From the NCBI RefSeq assembly GCF_964355755.1, contig NC_092674.1, forward strand, positions 27,714,001-27,778,000: 64,000 nt of DNA. Direction: 5' to 3'. The stretch comes from Antedon mediterranea. Lineage: Eukaryota; Animalia; Echinodermata. Of this stretch, positions 25,152-37,801 are shown in pieces. Every line of letters starts with the position of its first letter. Position 1 is the stretch's first letter. The position numbers and the translations under genes are program-made. The notes beneath the pieces are model-generated. The model searched no databases. It saw only the letters and a list, made by a program, of their open reading frames with translations, and was not told the origin of the DNA.

Positions 25152-26573
25152 TTAGGAAAATTATTCTATGCCAACATTTTTACTAAATCTTCATGTCAAA
25201 TATTGGTTGTAACATTCCAAGAAAAATGAAGTGAATTATTTTTACAATTCCTGAATTTAGGACGTTTTGACAAAAGTAATTTATACTGGTATCCAGTATA
25301 ATTTACAGTACATTGGATATTTCATTTATTTTTCTTTACTAAGCAAAGTAGTCAGTGCTTTCATTTTTTGCCAATCACTTTTATATAAATAATAATGTAA
25401 TTTTAATATAACGTTGTACATGGATGTATCTAAAAAAGCTGCAGATGGGTTACAAATAATTACTTATTAGTTGAAAGATGTTTAAATAATACTAGCTGTT
25501 TACAAGAGGCTTTATTTAGTGGGAAATTAAGTGATACGCCTTAAGGTTGTGTGAAATATGTTTAGGGTGGATAACCACGTCCATCCATCTGACACACCTA
25601 TGCCCATATAATAATTATTAATACTGTGTTAAAATATAAAACATTCATGTTTAATCAATTTAATAAATTTTAATATTATTAGTAAATTACAAGCTAAAAT
25701 AAATTTTCTGAAAATTTTAATATTTAAAGATTTAGAAGATTACAAGTAAGAAATCATCTTAAATCCATTTGTAACCATTTATGATATATTAGTTTCATTT
25801 TAATTGTTTTTTTAATAATATTTTGCTACTTTTATTAGTGAAACTTGTATAGTGAAATAATTTGTTTAATTTAATTGTTTATATTTTTACTTGTATAACA
25901 AACTTTGTCTGGTACAAAGAAATCAAATTTGCATAAATGTAAATGAGGCTAATGAATAAATTTAAACATTTTAAAATAATTTAGATGATAAAATCACAAT
26001 TTAGAAGAATTAGAATTAGTAACATTAGATGTTGAATCAATATTACATATTTTATCATTTTTCCCACATTTGCCATTTTTAGATTAAAAACACATTTATT
26101 TAACATTTATTTTTCACCAGTTCTTCAATCAGCTATGTAAAAATGTTACAGCAATTACTGCAGTAACTAAATTTTAAGTTATGTTTATCCAATTATAAAA
26201 TCATATGTTGTCGCAATAACACAATGTATTAGAAAATAATGTAATAATAGATCACCCAAATGAGGGTTTTTAATCTGTAAATAATGTATACTTACGCCTC
26301 AAAGACAAGCATTATGTATAAGTACAAAATGTAATCATATTTTAAGTATATTACGGTACATCACCTTGAAGGATAAACCTTTTAAATTACCAAAGTTTAA
26401 AATGCTTTAATAATATCTTTCCTTAAAGATTTTTAAAAGTTCAACTTGCTGAATCAAAACAACTTGACAGTAATACCTTTATGCATTCCCAATATTGTGT
26501 ACATTGTTATCATAATGTATTATTTAATGTTAATGGTCAAACAATGTAGCAATTAATATAGTAGAAAGCTGAT

Positions 26574-26992
26574 TGCAGAAAACGATCTGTAGAAACCTAG
26601 CAGAACGTGGTCTGACAGAACGCTATCTGTAGAAACCTTGCAGAACGCTGTCACTCTAGCAGAACGTGATCTGACAGAACGCTATCTGTAGAAAACTTTT
26701 TTCACGAACACTGTCTGACAGAACGCGATCTGTAGAAACCTTGCAGAACGTGGTCTGACAGAACGCGATCTGTAGAAAACTGCTTTCAGAACGCTGTCTG
26801 ACAGAACACGATCTGTAGAAAACTACTTGCAGAACGCGATCTGTAAAAATTGGTTTGCAGAACGCGATCTGTAGAAATCTGTTTGCAGAACGCGATCTGT
26901 AAAAATTAGTTTGCAGTAGGCTACGCGATCTGTAGAAATCTGTTTGCAGAAAACGATCTGTAGAAATCTGTTTGCAGAACGCTGTCTGTAGA
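26574..26992. repeat. array of about 18 CAGAACGCGATCTG units
   Basis: Recurrent GCAGA-ACGCGA-TCTGT with 15-28 bp spacing. Confidence 0.9.
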
Positions 26993-27147
26993 CCTTTCTG
27001 TTCTTAATGTAAAGAAAATACCTTAATGTCAGTTTAGAATAAGTTTTTAGAAGAATTTTAAAATATGAGGTTGTGTAACCAGTATTGGCAGGCCCAACAC
27101 GAAATTTATGTAAATACTTTGACTATTCACTTTTAAATCAGACAGTT

Positions 27148-27250
27148 GATAACCACTGTTCGGTAGCTTGTATTCATACGGAGTTGGGAGGGTAGAGAGG
27201 GGTAACCACTGTTCCTTAGCTTGTAGTCATACGAAGTTAGGAGGGTAGGG
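27148..27250. repeat. 2 x about 53 bp tandem duplication
   Basis: TAACCACTGTTC..TAGCTTGTA.TCATACG.AGTT.GGAGGGTAG occurs twice. Confidence 0.8.
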
Positions 27251-27526
27251 ATGGGTTAATGGCACAGGCAACAGCTAAAATATACTTTTTTGCGTTGGCA
27301 TTGTAATAAAATTATGTTAACAAATATCACTAAAACAAGAGGGGTAAAAAGTATAAATTATGTATGAAAAATACTCCCTTTTAAAATAAGTTTGTATAAT
27401 AACCTTAGATATAAACAGAAGACTATTTTGGTGTACAGATTATATTTAAAAAGCTCTTCTAGTTGATATGGGTGTTTTTCCACCGATTTGACATCTTTGT
27501 AATATTTTGTAAAGAAATTCTGTAAT

Positions 27527-27532
27527 AATAAA
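27527..27532 (+). promoter_or_regulatory. candidate polyadenylation signal of KIBRA
   Basis: AATAAA followed about 25 nt later by a GT/T-rich tract; other AATAAA sites lie upstream, so the choice is uncertain. Confidence 0.35.
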
Positions 27533-29231
27533 TTTCAAAAGTAAATGCGCGCGTCCGTGTTTTTTTTTATTTGTTTATTTATGTTTAGTTATTTACCTGG
27601 GTAAGTTACTGTATAGCTAATTTTGGTATGTAGATCACCAATTTACCCGGATGATCTGCGCTTGCGAGCCGGGCATGTTCGTTGGTTTCACGGGCATATT
27701 ATCGCTAACTTAGGTGGGTGCGTATCACTTTGCGCGGGTAAATATCTAAGCCTGATTTTGAAATGACAAATGCGAATCGGAACAATACACAATACGTCGA
27801 TGCTGCTATAGTTCAATGCGATTATGTGACGCGGCGCCCTCGGATGATTTAAAATTTCAATACCGTGGTCAGTTGATCCGAATGATGACACACAATTGAT
27901 AATTTACTTGTGTCTGATGCATAAGCAATGAGTGTAGTTATTGGAATTAACAAGAACTTGATTAATTTTGAAGCATGATTGAAGTAAAATCAAACGGAAA
28001 CCGGCTGTGATTTCAACTTTATTGTATTTTGGTCGTTTGAGAGATTACACACGCGCCTATATCGGACCACAAGCATTTCGTTGTTAGTAGTGTATTTTTA
28101 ATGTACACAAGCATTTTGTGATTACAATTTTGTAATGAAACTGGTATTTAATTGGTTTACCAGATACTTTTACATGTATATGATATTGATCTTTGCAACT
28201 GTGTGAAGTGAATGTTATATTCAAGTATTATATTACGGTGCATTACTGGATTTTAATTTAATGGTTTTCAACAATATTCGTATGTATTTAGTTATTTACT
28301 GAATTCTATCTTCGTGTACGATGTTTAAATTGTTTACATAAGCGCATTGTAGGAAGTGCTGACGACATCCAACTGTTTCGATTGTATCGGTTTAAAAGTA
28401 CAGTGTAATGTCTAAAACCTAACAGGCTTGCTAGGCCTAACAATGCTGATGTTTATGCTTTTGTTTCAATTGTTTTATTATTCAATCATGCCAGATAATT
28501 AATTGACTTTCTGTACCAGGATATAACTTACAAAAAATAAGAAACTTTGAACACAATACAAGAATAATATACAGGACTGAAGACTTCAAGTAAACTCAAT
28601 ACAAAAGTCATTAATATCCTGTATTTTTTTCACAACGCAATTGCTGAGAACTGTTTCGTCTCTGTGATAATATGTTTACATTAGTGTGTTTATAGAGATA
28701 TATACTACAATATCTATATGGATTGTTACAGGTAGTTTAGTTCAGTGATTTAAAACGTGCCTGAATAATTTCTGAATGAAAGAACGATAGAATATTACTA
28801 ATAGGAAACTACTCTCCTTATCCGTATAATCCATGCAATATCCGGAATACATTTGAATTAAGGAGCTATTTCACTGATATGAAGAAAAATTACGAAATAC
28901 AACCTGATTATTATTTTCAAGATGATTAATTAGTATTCATTTTTATGATTTTGTCAACCAAAAGGCATGAACTTCTGTTCCGGGTGTCTTGACACGTCTA
29001 CGATCGATCAAACACAACATTGTTATTTACTTATAATTCACGGCTTAGATGTTTTTAATATATTCTCAAGAACCTAGGTGTTGTTGAATATCGTTATCAA
29101 TACGTTTTTCCGGGTCTATGACATTTTTACTGTCGTAGCAAACGTATTGCTGGTTGCAGTTTGATGTTAACTATGGAATTAATAAGACTATATTCTTAAG
29201 AGGCGCAATTATCTTACAACTTCCTTCACAA

Positions 29232-29327
29232 TAGGGAACTGTGGCGCTTGGCCTTCACAAACATTTTACAGGGAACTGTGTGGCACTTGGCCTTTACAAA
29301 CATTTAACAGGGAACTGTGGTCACACT
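29232..29327. repeat. about 3 x 37 bp tandem repeat just upstream of the GPCR ATG
   Basis: AGGGAACTGTGG..CTTGGCCTT.ACAAACATTT units. Confidence 0.85.
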
Positions 29328-29356
29328 TATAAGAGCAATTGGAACCAAGGCCTACT

Positions 29357-30412
29357 ATGGACGCGGTAGGATTGGAAATAAACTCGACAGAACTGGAAGA
29401 TGATGAATACCATGTAATTTCCATAGTCTTCCAGGCTGGGATAATGCTACTTATTATTATAGCAGGGTTGGTAGGAAATGCTGTCACGCTTTGCGCTTTG
29501 ATGATAAACACTACACTGCAAACCAAATCTTACGTGTTTGTGGCTAATTTAGCCGTTGCGGATATATTAAACTGTTTACTAGGAATGCCGGTGATTTTTG
29601 TGTCTTCAATTCTGAATAAGTGGGTTTTTGGTGACGCGTTGTGTGTCGTCATGGGTGCAACAACAGTATTATTTTGTTTAGCAAGTTTGCTGACGCTATG
29701 TGCAATATCAATTGAACGCTATGTGTGCATTACGGCTCCATTAAAATACGAAGCAATATTAACAGAAAACAGGTTAAAGTTGTTAATTTTCTGGACATGG
29801 TTTCAAGCGTTGATCTTCGCGCTTTTTCCAATTTTTGGATGGTCAGTGTACGTTTACACGCCAAACGAATTTTTGTGTACTGCGGCGTGGAATAAAAATA
29901 TATCGTACACTATCCTTCTGTTTATTACATGCATTATTGGACCATTCATATTTATGGTGTTTGCCTATCTGAAAATATTAAAAGTTGCGCGTACGCAGCT
30001 TCGTAAAGTAGCGGCGCAAGATCGCGGACTATCTTCTGCCGCAGACAAAACCAAGTTACGTAAGGAGACAAAAGCCGCGTTCACACTGTTAATCGTGATC
30101 GGAACATTTCTCGTTTGTTGGATACCGCACGTGATCAGTATGGCGTGCGTGATGTTTGAGAATTGTCCTTTGCCCGATTGGTATTTTACGATAAGTACGT
30201 GGTTAGCTATGGCTAATTCTGCGTGCAATCCACTCATTTACGGCATTCTTAACAAAACATTTAGAACCACGTGCATTGCGATATTCCGAAGGCGGCGTCT
30301 AAATCGAATGCATATAATTTCAAAGAGTGCGTGCAACAATTTATCACTTCGAAATAATTCATGTAGGCCTAAGCAATTTGATAAAGCTATAACTGGAAAT
30401 AAAAACATTTAA
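29357..30412 (+). CDS. class A (rhodopsin-like) GPCR, GPR161-like orphan, intronless CDS, 351 aa
   Basis: ATG at 29357 (the ORF track starts at an upstream TTG); 7 hydrophobic segments; GN, LAVAD, ERY, CWIP and NPLIY motifs; N-terminal NST sequon; no TM3 Asp and no TM7 Lys. Confidence 0.9.
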   Translation: MDAVGLEINSTELEDDEYHVISIVFQAGIMLLIIIAGLVGNAVTLCALMINTTLQTKSYVFVANLAVADILNCLLGMPVIFVSSILNKWVFGDALCVVMGATTVLFCLASLLTLCAISIERYVCITAPLKYEAILTENRLKLLIFWTWFQALIFALFPIFGWSVYVYTPNEFLCTAAWNKNISYTILLFITCIIGPFIFMVFAYLKILKVARTQLRKVAAQDRGLSSAADKTKLRKETKAAFTLLIVIGTFLVCWIPHVISMACVMFENCPLPDWYFTISTWLAMANSACNPLIYGILNKTFRTTCIAIFRRRRLNRMHIISKSACNNLSLRNNSCRPKQFDKAITGNKNI

Positions 30413-30500
30413 GAATTTCTTCAATGTCGTGCCCGTCACAATCAACTGTATATTCTAAATATATAGATCTCGCTTTTATTTTGTAAAAGATATTTTACAA

Positions 30501-30681
30501 AAGCACTATCTATCTATATCAAACTTTATGCACCGGTGCTTTATGTGACAAAAAATGTCATGTGCCCATATATGGACGTGGTGTTGTCATATCACTACCA
30601 TATTTAAGCATATCACTACCATATTTGAGCACATCACACTGTTTTGTCACATCAATCGAGTTTGATAGTGTAGACAGAGCT
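30501..30681. mobile_element. MITE family A copy
   Basis: Internal GTGCCCATATATGGAC...CATATCACTACCATATTT repeats; right TIR followed by TTA. Confidence 0.78.
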
Positions 30682-31583
30682 TTATAAAATACAACAACGT
30701 TAGACGTTGTAAACAGTTGTCGTGATTTTAAAATTGCTAATCTTGGTAAACAACGGTCAATGCCAAATTGTATATATGAATCATTGTACTTTTCCTGTAT
30801 CATCATTGATTTAATGTTGAATTGTATACTATATAGGGGTCTCCAAGTTCCGGGAGATATTTTTAGAAAGTATGTTAATAGATAAAATTTACACACGATC
30901 AACTAATTTAGGCACCCTTTACAGAATTAATCCTGGGCGTTTTCGAATAAATATGGTATCTGTAAAAAAAAATTCTCAGTGAATCTTATCTAATAGCAGC
31001 AGACGCACAAATATTTACATTAAATAGTAAAATAATATTTACAGTAAATGGTAAAATAATATTTACAATAAATAATAAAATGATCAAATTAATTAAAGTC
31101 TCGTTCAATTGTGTGTTCATGTCTTTTTGATTTGTTTACAGTAGGCTATACAAGCTATTGTCTGTAATTAATTACAGTTTTATCACATTTGAATAATCAA
31201 TAGGACAATCAACGTTATATAAATAATATATCATTGCAGATGTGCTGCTTTTTAACTACTGTGCTGGCCAAAGCCTTTGATCGCGACAATATGTTTTCGA
31301 TAGTTCTCTAACATATGGTATTCCAATCGTGTTTTTTTTCTTGGATATTGTTTATTAACCCAAGATTATGGCAAGATGAGACGGTCAGTCTGTGTCTCCG
31401 TATAGAACTTAAGACAAAATCTTATTTAATTAGTTAATTAAATAACACGTATAAAGCGAGTCAGAAGGGATCGGCCGTGTATTAATTATTTTTCAACAAT
31501 CATGAATTAAGGAACGTCGTTAAGTTTATATGGACAAAGCTTACAATACATGATCAGGGGAACATGGTTACGGTCGAGTATAA

Positions 31584-31724
31584 TGCTTGGTTCCCACTAG
31601 GACGCAACGCTAGCGTGTGTTGACCAATGACAAGCGACAGCGCGAATAATCCATCGCTTGTGATTGGTCAAATCACTTACGTTGCGTTACGTCCTTGTTT
31701 TGCGTCTCTAGTGGGAAGCAAGTA
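31584..31724. mobile_element. MITE family B copy
   Basis: TAA|TGCTTGGTTCCCACTAG...CTAGTGGGAAGCAAGTA|TAA. Confidence 0.82.
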
Positions 31725-33383
31725 TAACGAAGAATATCGTTAATTTCTCATGAGGATACGATGATCGATATCCTATCAGAAAATTGTATTTCAATATGAT
31801 AGTAAAGCAGATTTGAAGTGTGTACGTGATCTAACTAACAGTAATTATCAATAGCAAACGTCATAATGGTCAGTACATTACTTAAAAATAAACACTCAAG
31901 TATATACATATATATACTTAGATGATTCAGTTCCCAGCCAATTAGATCAATCAAAGTTGTGCGAGCAAAGTAATAAACAAACAAGATTTTTCAGGGGCCG
32001 CGGATTTATGCGCGTACTGCATGCAATATTATTACTTTGCCGCCGCCCGAAATGTCCTGTTTTTTTTTCCCCATTCAGTTGTAATTGTCGCCCGAGATTA
32101 AACAAAAGAAAGACATACGGTTACTGTGACAACGATCATCGTCGAGCGATACGTGCCTGTAAATAAAGAGTTGCGAACTTGAATTGCCTATTTTCACCTG
32201 AAAAATAAACGCATTTTGGTCCCTGGCTGTAACATGATATTGACGCGTGTATCGTACTCATACAGCGAGCTGGAGCACAAAAAAATACGTACAAAGGAGA
32301 CCGCCAGACAATCGCGTATATTGCGTATTATTATACGTAAACAATAAAACGCCTTGGTGTGGCTATATAGTATCATCATCAATAGAGGATATGTTAATAT
32401 TAATTAACTGGCTGTGGTAACTGTACTGTAGTTACATTATAACAACCGATTTTTTAGGCCACCCACTGATACGTACTCAACTGTATCAATACCTATTTAT
32501 ATTGATATATTTAATTTCTTCAACAAATTGATGTAAATTAATGTTGAGCTATAAGCATTGAATTTCGGGGCTTCCCCAAGAGGTACGTTGAACTTGAACG
32601 CAACGCAATCAAAACAAAATAGTGACTGAATGAAATCAGCAACAAAATGTTATATCGTCCTGTAATTAGTCACGTGTGTTTATTGGAGTGAAGTATGTTC
32701 GTTTTGCTCATTGGTAGCATGCTATATATGAGTGTCTTTTCCTGCAAATTAAAGGTGCCATTTATCATGAATTTTATGTGCGAGAGCACCATTTCCGGCC
32801 ATCTGGGGCGTCATTAAAGTTCGCTTCGCCACACAGGTCCTGTCGACGGCCCTGGACAAACACTTTTTCAGCCGTGTGCAAACGCTGACTTGCGCGAAGC
32901 GCCCTGTTGTGACGCTTTTACTCAAAATAAGCCTATGGGGGAAAATGTCACCTTTTAGTAGGCCTACCTCAGTTTTCATATTTAAAATATCAATTTTTAA
33001 TACATTTATAATAACGTGAGAGTGCCATTTCTAACCATCTAGGGTTGTTATATTTTCAAACTCGCCTCGACTCGGCCCCAACCATGATTTTGGTGTGGAC
33101 TCTCTACAGTTGCGAGAGAAAGACCTGAAAACAAGTTACCGTCCTTTTGCTGAAGAATATACCGTATTACTTTTATGATTGTTTGCAAAATAGCGTCCTC
33201 AATTTTCAAGTTATGATTTCATTTATTTCAAATAACTTAGGGTACCATTAGACCACGAATTTTGATTTTAGGAAAATCTATTTTTGACGTCACAAAATCT
33301 CGAGTTTTCTATAAATTCAGTATGGTCCGAAATACTGAACAGCACGCCCTCTGTCGCTATCTGTATTTTGCCAAGTATTATTA

Positions 33384-33752
33384 AGGCCCATTTACATTTA
33401 GGGCGATGATGATCGACGATAAATCGAAAAATATGCATTTTTCATACCTGAAACAAAGGAAATTTAAAAAGTTCATCCTAGAACTATAGGATAACCATCT
33501 CTGCTGCCTTTGATGAAAATTATATTTTCACACATCCAATCAAATGACGTCATGATTGGTTAGACAATACAAGGATTGTATTGATCATGACGTCATTTGA
33601 TTGGATTTAATAAAAACTCAACTATATCAAAGATAGCATAAATGATTATCCTATAGTTCTAGAATAAAAACTTCACAAATTTCTATTGTTTTTGAAAAAT
33701 GTATGTTTATCTATTTATCGTCGATCGTTATCGTTCTAGTGTAAATGGGCCT
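33384..33752. mobile_element. foldback MITE (TIR AGGCCCATTTACA, TTA TSD)
   Basis: TTA|AGGCCCATTTACA...TGTAAATGGGCCT|TTA; the arms are imperfectly complementary over almost the whole length. Confidence 0.8.
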
Positions 33753-34269
33753 TTAGTCCAGAGAGTTGTAAAATAATAATACTGTATTTTTACAACTCCC
33801 TGATTAGTCTGCCCATGGAAATCCTAATTCTCCATGTTCTGCCAGTGTGTTGTTGTTGTAAACCCTCCAGGTGTTTCTTTTATTAAGAAGATTTATATCA
33901 AACGGTAATTGATTCAAATAGCTTATTTTAAAGCAATATGCCTTTGTTGACTCGATCAGGCCTACATGATATTGCAAATTGAAAAACATCAATATTTCTT
34001 CATTTACATAGATTAAAAATACATGTTGTAATATTCGATGATAGGCCTGCTCATAGTATTAATTGACGTAAAGAGAATGCATTAAAACATGCATATGTAA
34101 ATGTGTTATTCTAAGCAATAACACTGTCACTAAATGATGGCCATATTGTTTTTTTATGAGGGAAAATTCGGGAAAATTGAGAACCCAAAAATCCTAAAAT
34201 GCTATATACGTAGGCCTACAAACTTGTTTTCACCTAGGCGAACCTAACGCGCGCTAAACCCTCCCTTAA

Positions 34270-34595
34270 AGCGTGGTTCCCACTAGCGACGCAACGGAAG
34301 GACGTAACGCAACGCAAGTGAATTGACCAATCACAAGCGATGGCTTATTCGCTTGTGATTGCTAACTGTCTATAACTTCGCTTGTCATTGGTTAAAACGC
34401 TTGCGTTGCGTTTACGTTCTAGTGGGAACCACGCTTTAGCTTGGTTCCCACTAGGACGTAACGCAAAGACGTAAACGCAACGCAAGCGTGTTGACTAATG
34501 ACAACTGACAGTTCGAATGATTCATCGCTTGTGATTGGTCAATTCAATTGCGTTGCGTTACGTCTTCGTGTTGCGTCTCTAGTGGAAACCAAGCA
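34270..34595. mobile_element. two adjacent MITE family B copies (TIR AGC[T/G]TGGTTCCCACTAG, TWA flanks; PIF/Harbinger-type)
   Basis: Copies at 34270-34435 and 34438-34595 with internal ACGCAACGCAAG and GACCAATCACAAGCGA. Other copies at about 14165-14297, 31584-31724, 36934-37145, 37149-37296, 40287-40377, 44730-45040, 63806-63897. Confidence 0.85.
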
Positions 34596-34598
34596 TAA

Positions 34599-35091
34599 CT
34601 CTTATTGATAACAAACTTAAACAGCTAAATTTCAAACTGTTGCATTGTATTATTCGTACCAATAGAAGGCTCTTTAAATGGAATATTAATAATACAGACA
34701 CTTGCCTGCAATGTAATGTAATAGAAGATGATAAACACTTCTTTTACCAATGTACTGAAGCAAATGAGTTATGGAAATACATTAATGTTTATACCACATA
34801 TAAGTTTGGAATTGAGGCAAACTTTCAAAATATTGTACTCGGTACCGGAAACAGATATGTTGACCACATGTTCTCTCTTGGATGCTTCTGTATCTATAAA
34901 GCACACATTTTGAAAAAAGTAAAGAAATGGAATTATGGTTCACTTTCTCGCCTCTTTTTGGCAGAAAAAAATAATAGGTTATACCTTAACCGACTATTAT
35001 AATACGGTATATTCAACAGAGGTTTATATAACGCTGTGCAATGCCAATAGGTGGTTAAATCTTTATATAGAATTATTAAAAAAAAAAAAAA
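34599..35091 (+). mobile_element. 5'-truncated L1/Tx1-type LINE 3' end (zf-RVT region, 3' UTR, poly-A)
   Basis: KLKQLNFKLLHCIIRTNRRLFKW...CLQCNVIEDDKHFFYQC...LW (CxxC..HxxxxC zinc finger of non-LTR ORF2); A-run at 35078-35091. Confidence 0.75.
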
Positions 35092-35843
35092 TGAAAATAA
35101 ATGAAATAAATATTAAAAACAAAACGAAACGTAACATATAAGTAAGCAACAAATATAACCATGAGACATAAAACTAAAACACAAGAGTAAGGAAAGAATT
35201 TTTTTTTTTTAAGCTTACTATAAAATTATTTGAATTTTATATTTTTATTTATGTTCTTATTGTAAAAAAAAGAATTAAGAATAATAATTTTATTGCATTT
35301 TATATATTGTAAATATTTATTTATTTATATACCTTTGTCGTGGGTATGTATGTATGCATGTGTGCAATCATGTACTCGAATATATGCACTTGTGTGTTTT
35401 GTACAGAGACATAGACCTATTGTAGAAAGGAATAGTTAAAATAAAAGAAAATAATGAAAAAAGTGGATAATACATATAAAAGTATAAAGTATATATATAT
35501 ATATATATATATATTTGACCGAATTGTTTCGATCAAATCGTACTAAAGATAAAAGAAAGTACAAGAAAATAACAGAACAGAATAACAAGGGAATATATAT
35601 TTGGATGAAGTGTAAAATCATTGTATTGATCATTTGAGAATGAAATGAATAAAATAGTGGTTAACGCCACAAAAGAGAAAAAAAAAAACTCTTATTGGCT
35701 GTGTATTTTTAGTACTGTGCATAATTATGCGCATAGAACAAACGCTTTGGATTCCTGCGAAAACATTTGGCATTTAAAACATGAACTACCAGTAACTAAT
35801 AAATATGACATGAATTGCGGTGGATTTTGTTAGCATTCATTAA

Positions 35844-36188
35844 AGATGTATTGTCCCCCAAAAACATGAAAAATGAAAATTAATTAAATCAGACTTTGAA
35901 TATATTATTTTGTAGTTTTAATAAAGTTAATCACTTCCATAGAAAAAAACGAAAAAAAAAAAATTATGTTTTCACTTAGAAAATGACACAATAAATGGTT
36001 AAATTCAACCAAAAATCCATTGGCTGGCAGCCAATTTGACCATTTTTTGCTTTAAATTACGTTTTTTTAGGTCAATACATATTTTTTCGATCCAATTTTT
36101 GGTCAAAGTGGATACCTATATGTTACATTAATATGGAATATTCAACAAAAAATGTTATAAGCACTTTTTTCAGGGTGACAATACATCT
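35844..36188. mobile_element. MITE family C copy
   Basis: TTAA-flanked, collinear with 20319-20665. Confidence 0.85.
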
Positions 36189-36339
36189 TTAATTAGTCTT
36201 TATGGAAGCAATCTAATAAACTGTATTGTAAATAAACAGTAAATTATTAAAATATAAATTGGAATCGATGTTGATGCTACTAAAACTAGATAATGATTAA
36301 TGATTTCGGTCCGGTACAGATTCGTCTCAACTAGCCATA

Positions 36340-36498
36340 AACCTATTTTTCATTAGGCGAATGTGTTTGCGTGCGAATCGACAGCGTCAGCCTATACGCC
36401 TGCGCAGAGAAGGATTTGGAAGATGAATACGTATTCGATTTCGTTTAAGCCCACGCTTCAGACTCGCGTGAACAAATTTGGCTAGTGAAAAATCGGCT
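36340..36498. mobile_element. MITE (TIR approximately ARCCKATTTTTCAYTAG..GAAT)
   Basis: AACCTATTTTTCATTAGGCGAAT...ATTTGGCTAGTGAAAAATCGGCT; partial relative near 40708-40830. Confidence 0.55.
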
Positions 36499-36933
36499 TT
36501 ATTAACGGTTTTATGAAAGAATGAAGAAGTTCGTGTCTTGGCAGAACATCGTACCAAAATTCATTTTCATTGGTTTTTCGACATTGCACTTTAAGTTCTA
36601 CTGTTCTGTTCATTAAATTGATTTTTTAAGTCTATTAAAAACTAATTTCGTATTATGTTTACAATTTAGTTCGTGTTAAAACATGAGGGAATTATTTAGG
36701 CCTTCCTGGTGTAATAGTTAACATGTAATTAAGCCTATCGCAAATTGGAACTCGTTAAATGCTCGTTAAAAACTAAATATTGCCAGTATAACATTTTTAG
36801 TCGTGTGCAAACGCGACTCTACAGCTCTCTATGTCGGTCGGTTTATCGGTAAACAATATTAATAACTCAAATTTAAGCACACGACTGCAGCCATGTATAT
36901 GGCCTTGTTATTATTTAGGAACATTGCCTCTAA

Positions 36934-37296
36934 CGCGTGGTTCCCACTAGAACGCAACGCAGTGACGTATTGCCGAAAAGTGCTGTATTGCGTAATCACA
37001 AATGGGAACCGACGACGCAACAGTGCTGCAAACATCGTAGGTTTGATTTCACGCAGGCGGGGTGCAAAAACAATTATTGATAGAGCATTTTCTTACGTTG
37101 CGTAGGTTGTTTGCGCTACGTTGCAACGCTAGTGGGAATCAAGCTTTAAGCTTGGTTTCCACTAGGACGTAGCGCAAGTACGTATAAACCCCAACGCAAG
37201 TGAGTTGACCAATGACAAGCGACAGTTGGAATAATCAATCGCGCGCTTTTGATTTGTCATTTCCTTATACGTTGCGGCGTTTGTGGGAACCAAGCT
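36934..37296. mobile_element. two adjacent MITE family B-type copies
   Basis: 36934-37145 and 37149-37296, separated by TTA. Confidence 0.8.
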
Positions 37297-37801
37297 TTAT
37301 TGCGCCCTCGCAGTATCTATGAGTTTGCTTCATAAATATGCATGAAATTCTGTGACGACACAGTTTTCACTTTTTACGTCGCTTTCTATTCTAAGAATGA
37401 ATTCAGGTGGAAATTTAATACTAGACTTTCCCACTGTGGCGCCCCCTACAAATGTAGTCTTTGTAACAATCGAATTATCGGAAGTGAGACTATTAATACA
37501 CTTTAAAGCATGAAGATGTCCAGTGCATAGGTATCCTGTATGTATGCCTTGGTACTATATTTCACTTCTGGAAATTCTACAAGGTTACAGCTTGAATTTT
37601 TAAAACTATACAAAGTGAAGCTAGACCAATAATATAAGCTGTCGAGAAATGTCCGTAAGCCTAGTAATAGGCCTGTCTTCGTAAGTTTAGTAGCGGTTTA
37701 TGTTATTCATGTGATTGGGGATTATGTTATTGCCTTGTATACGTGTGTTACTAGGACATGAATGCTTTTCAACTGTTCCTGTTGTTGTTTAAACTTGAAG
37801 A

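Noticed and set aside
30190-30245. GPCRs as opsins or amine receptors
   Set aside because: No Schiff-base Lys in TM7 and no TM3 Asp.
37434-37454. CTCF-like site (minus strand TAGGGGGCGCC)
   Set aside because: Only the core matches and the upstream CCAC is absent; unsupported without binding data.
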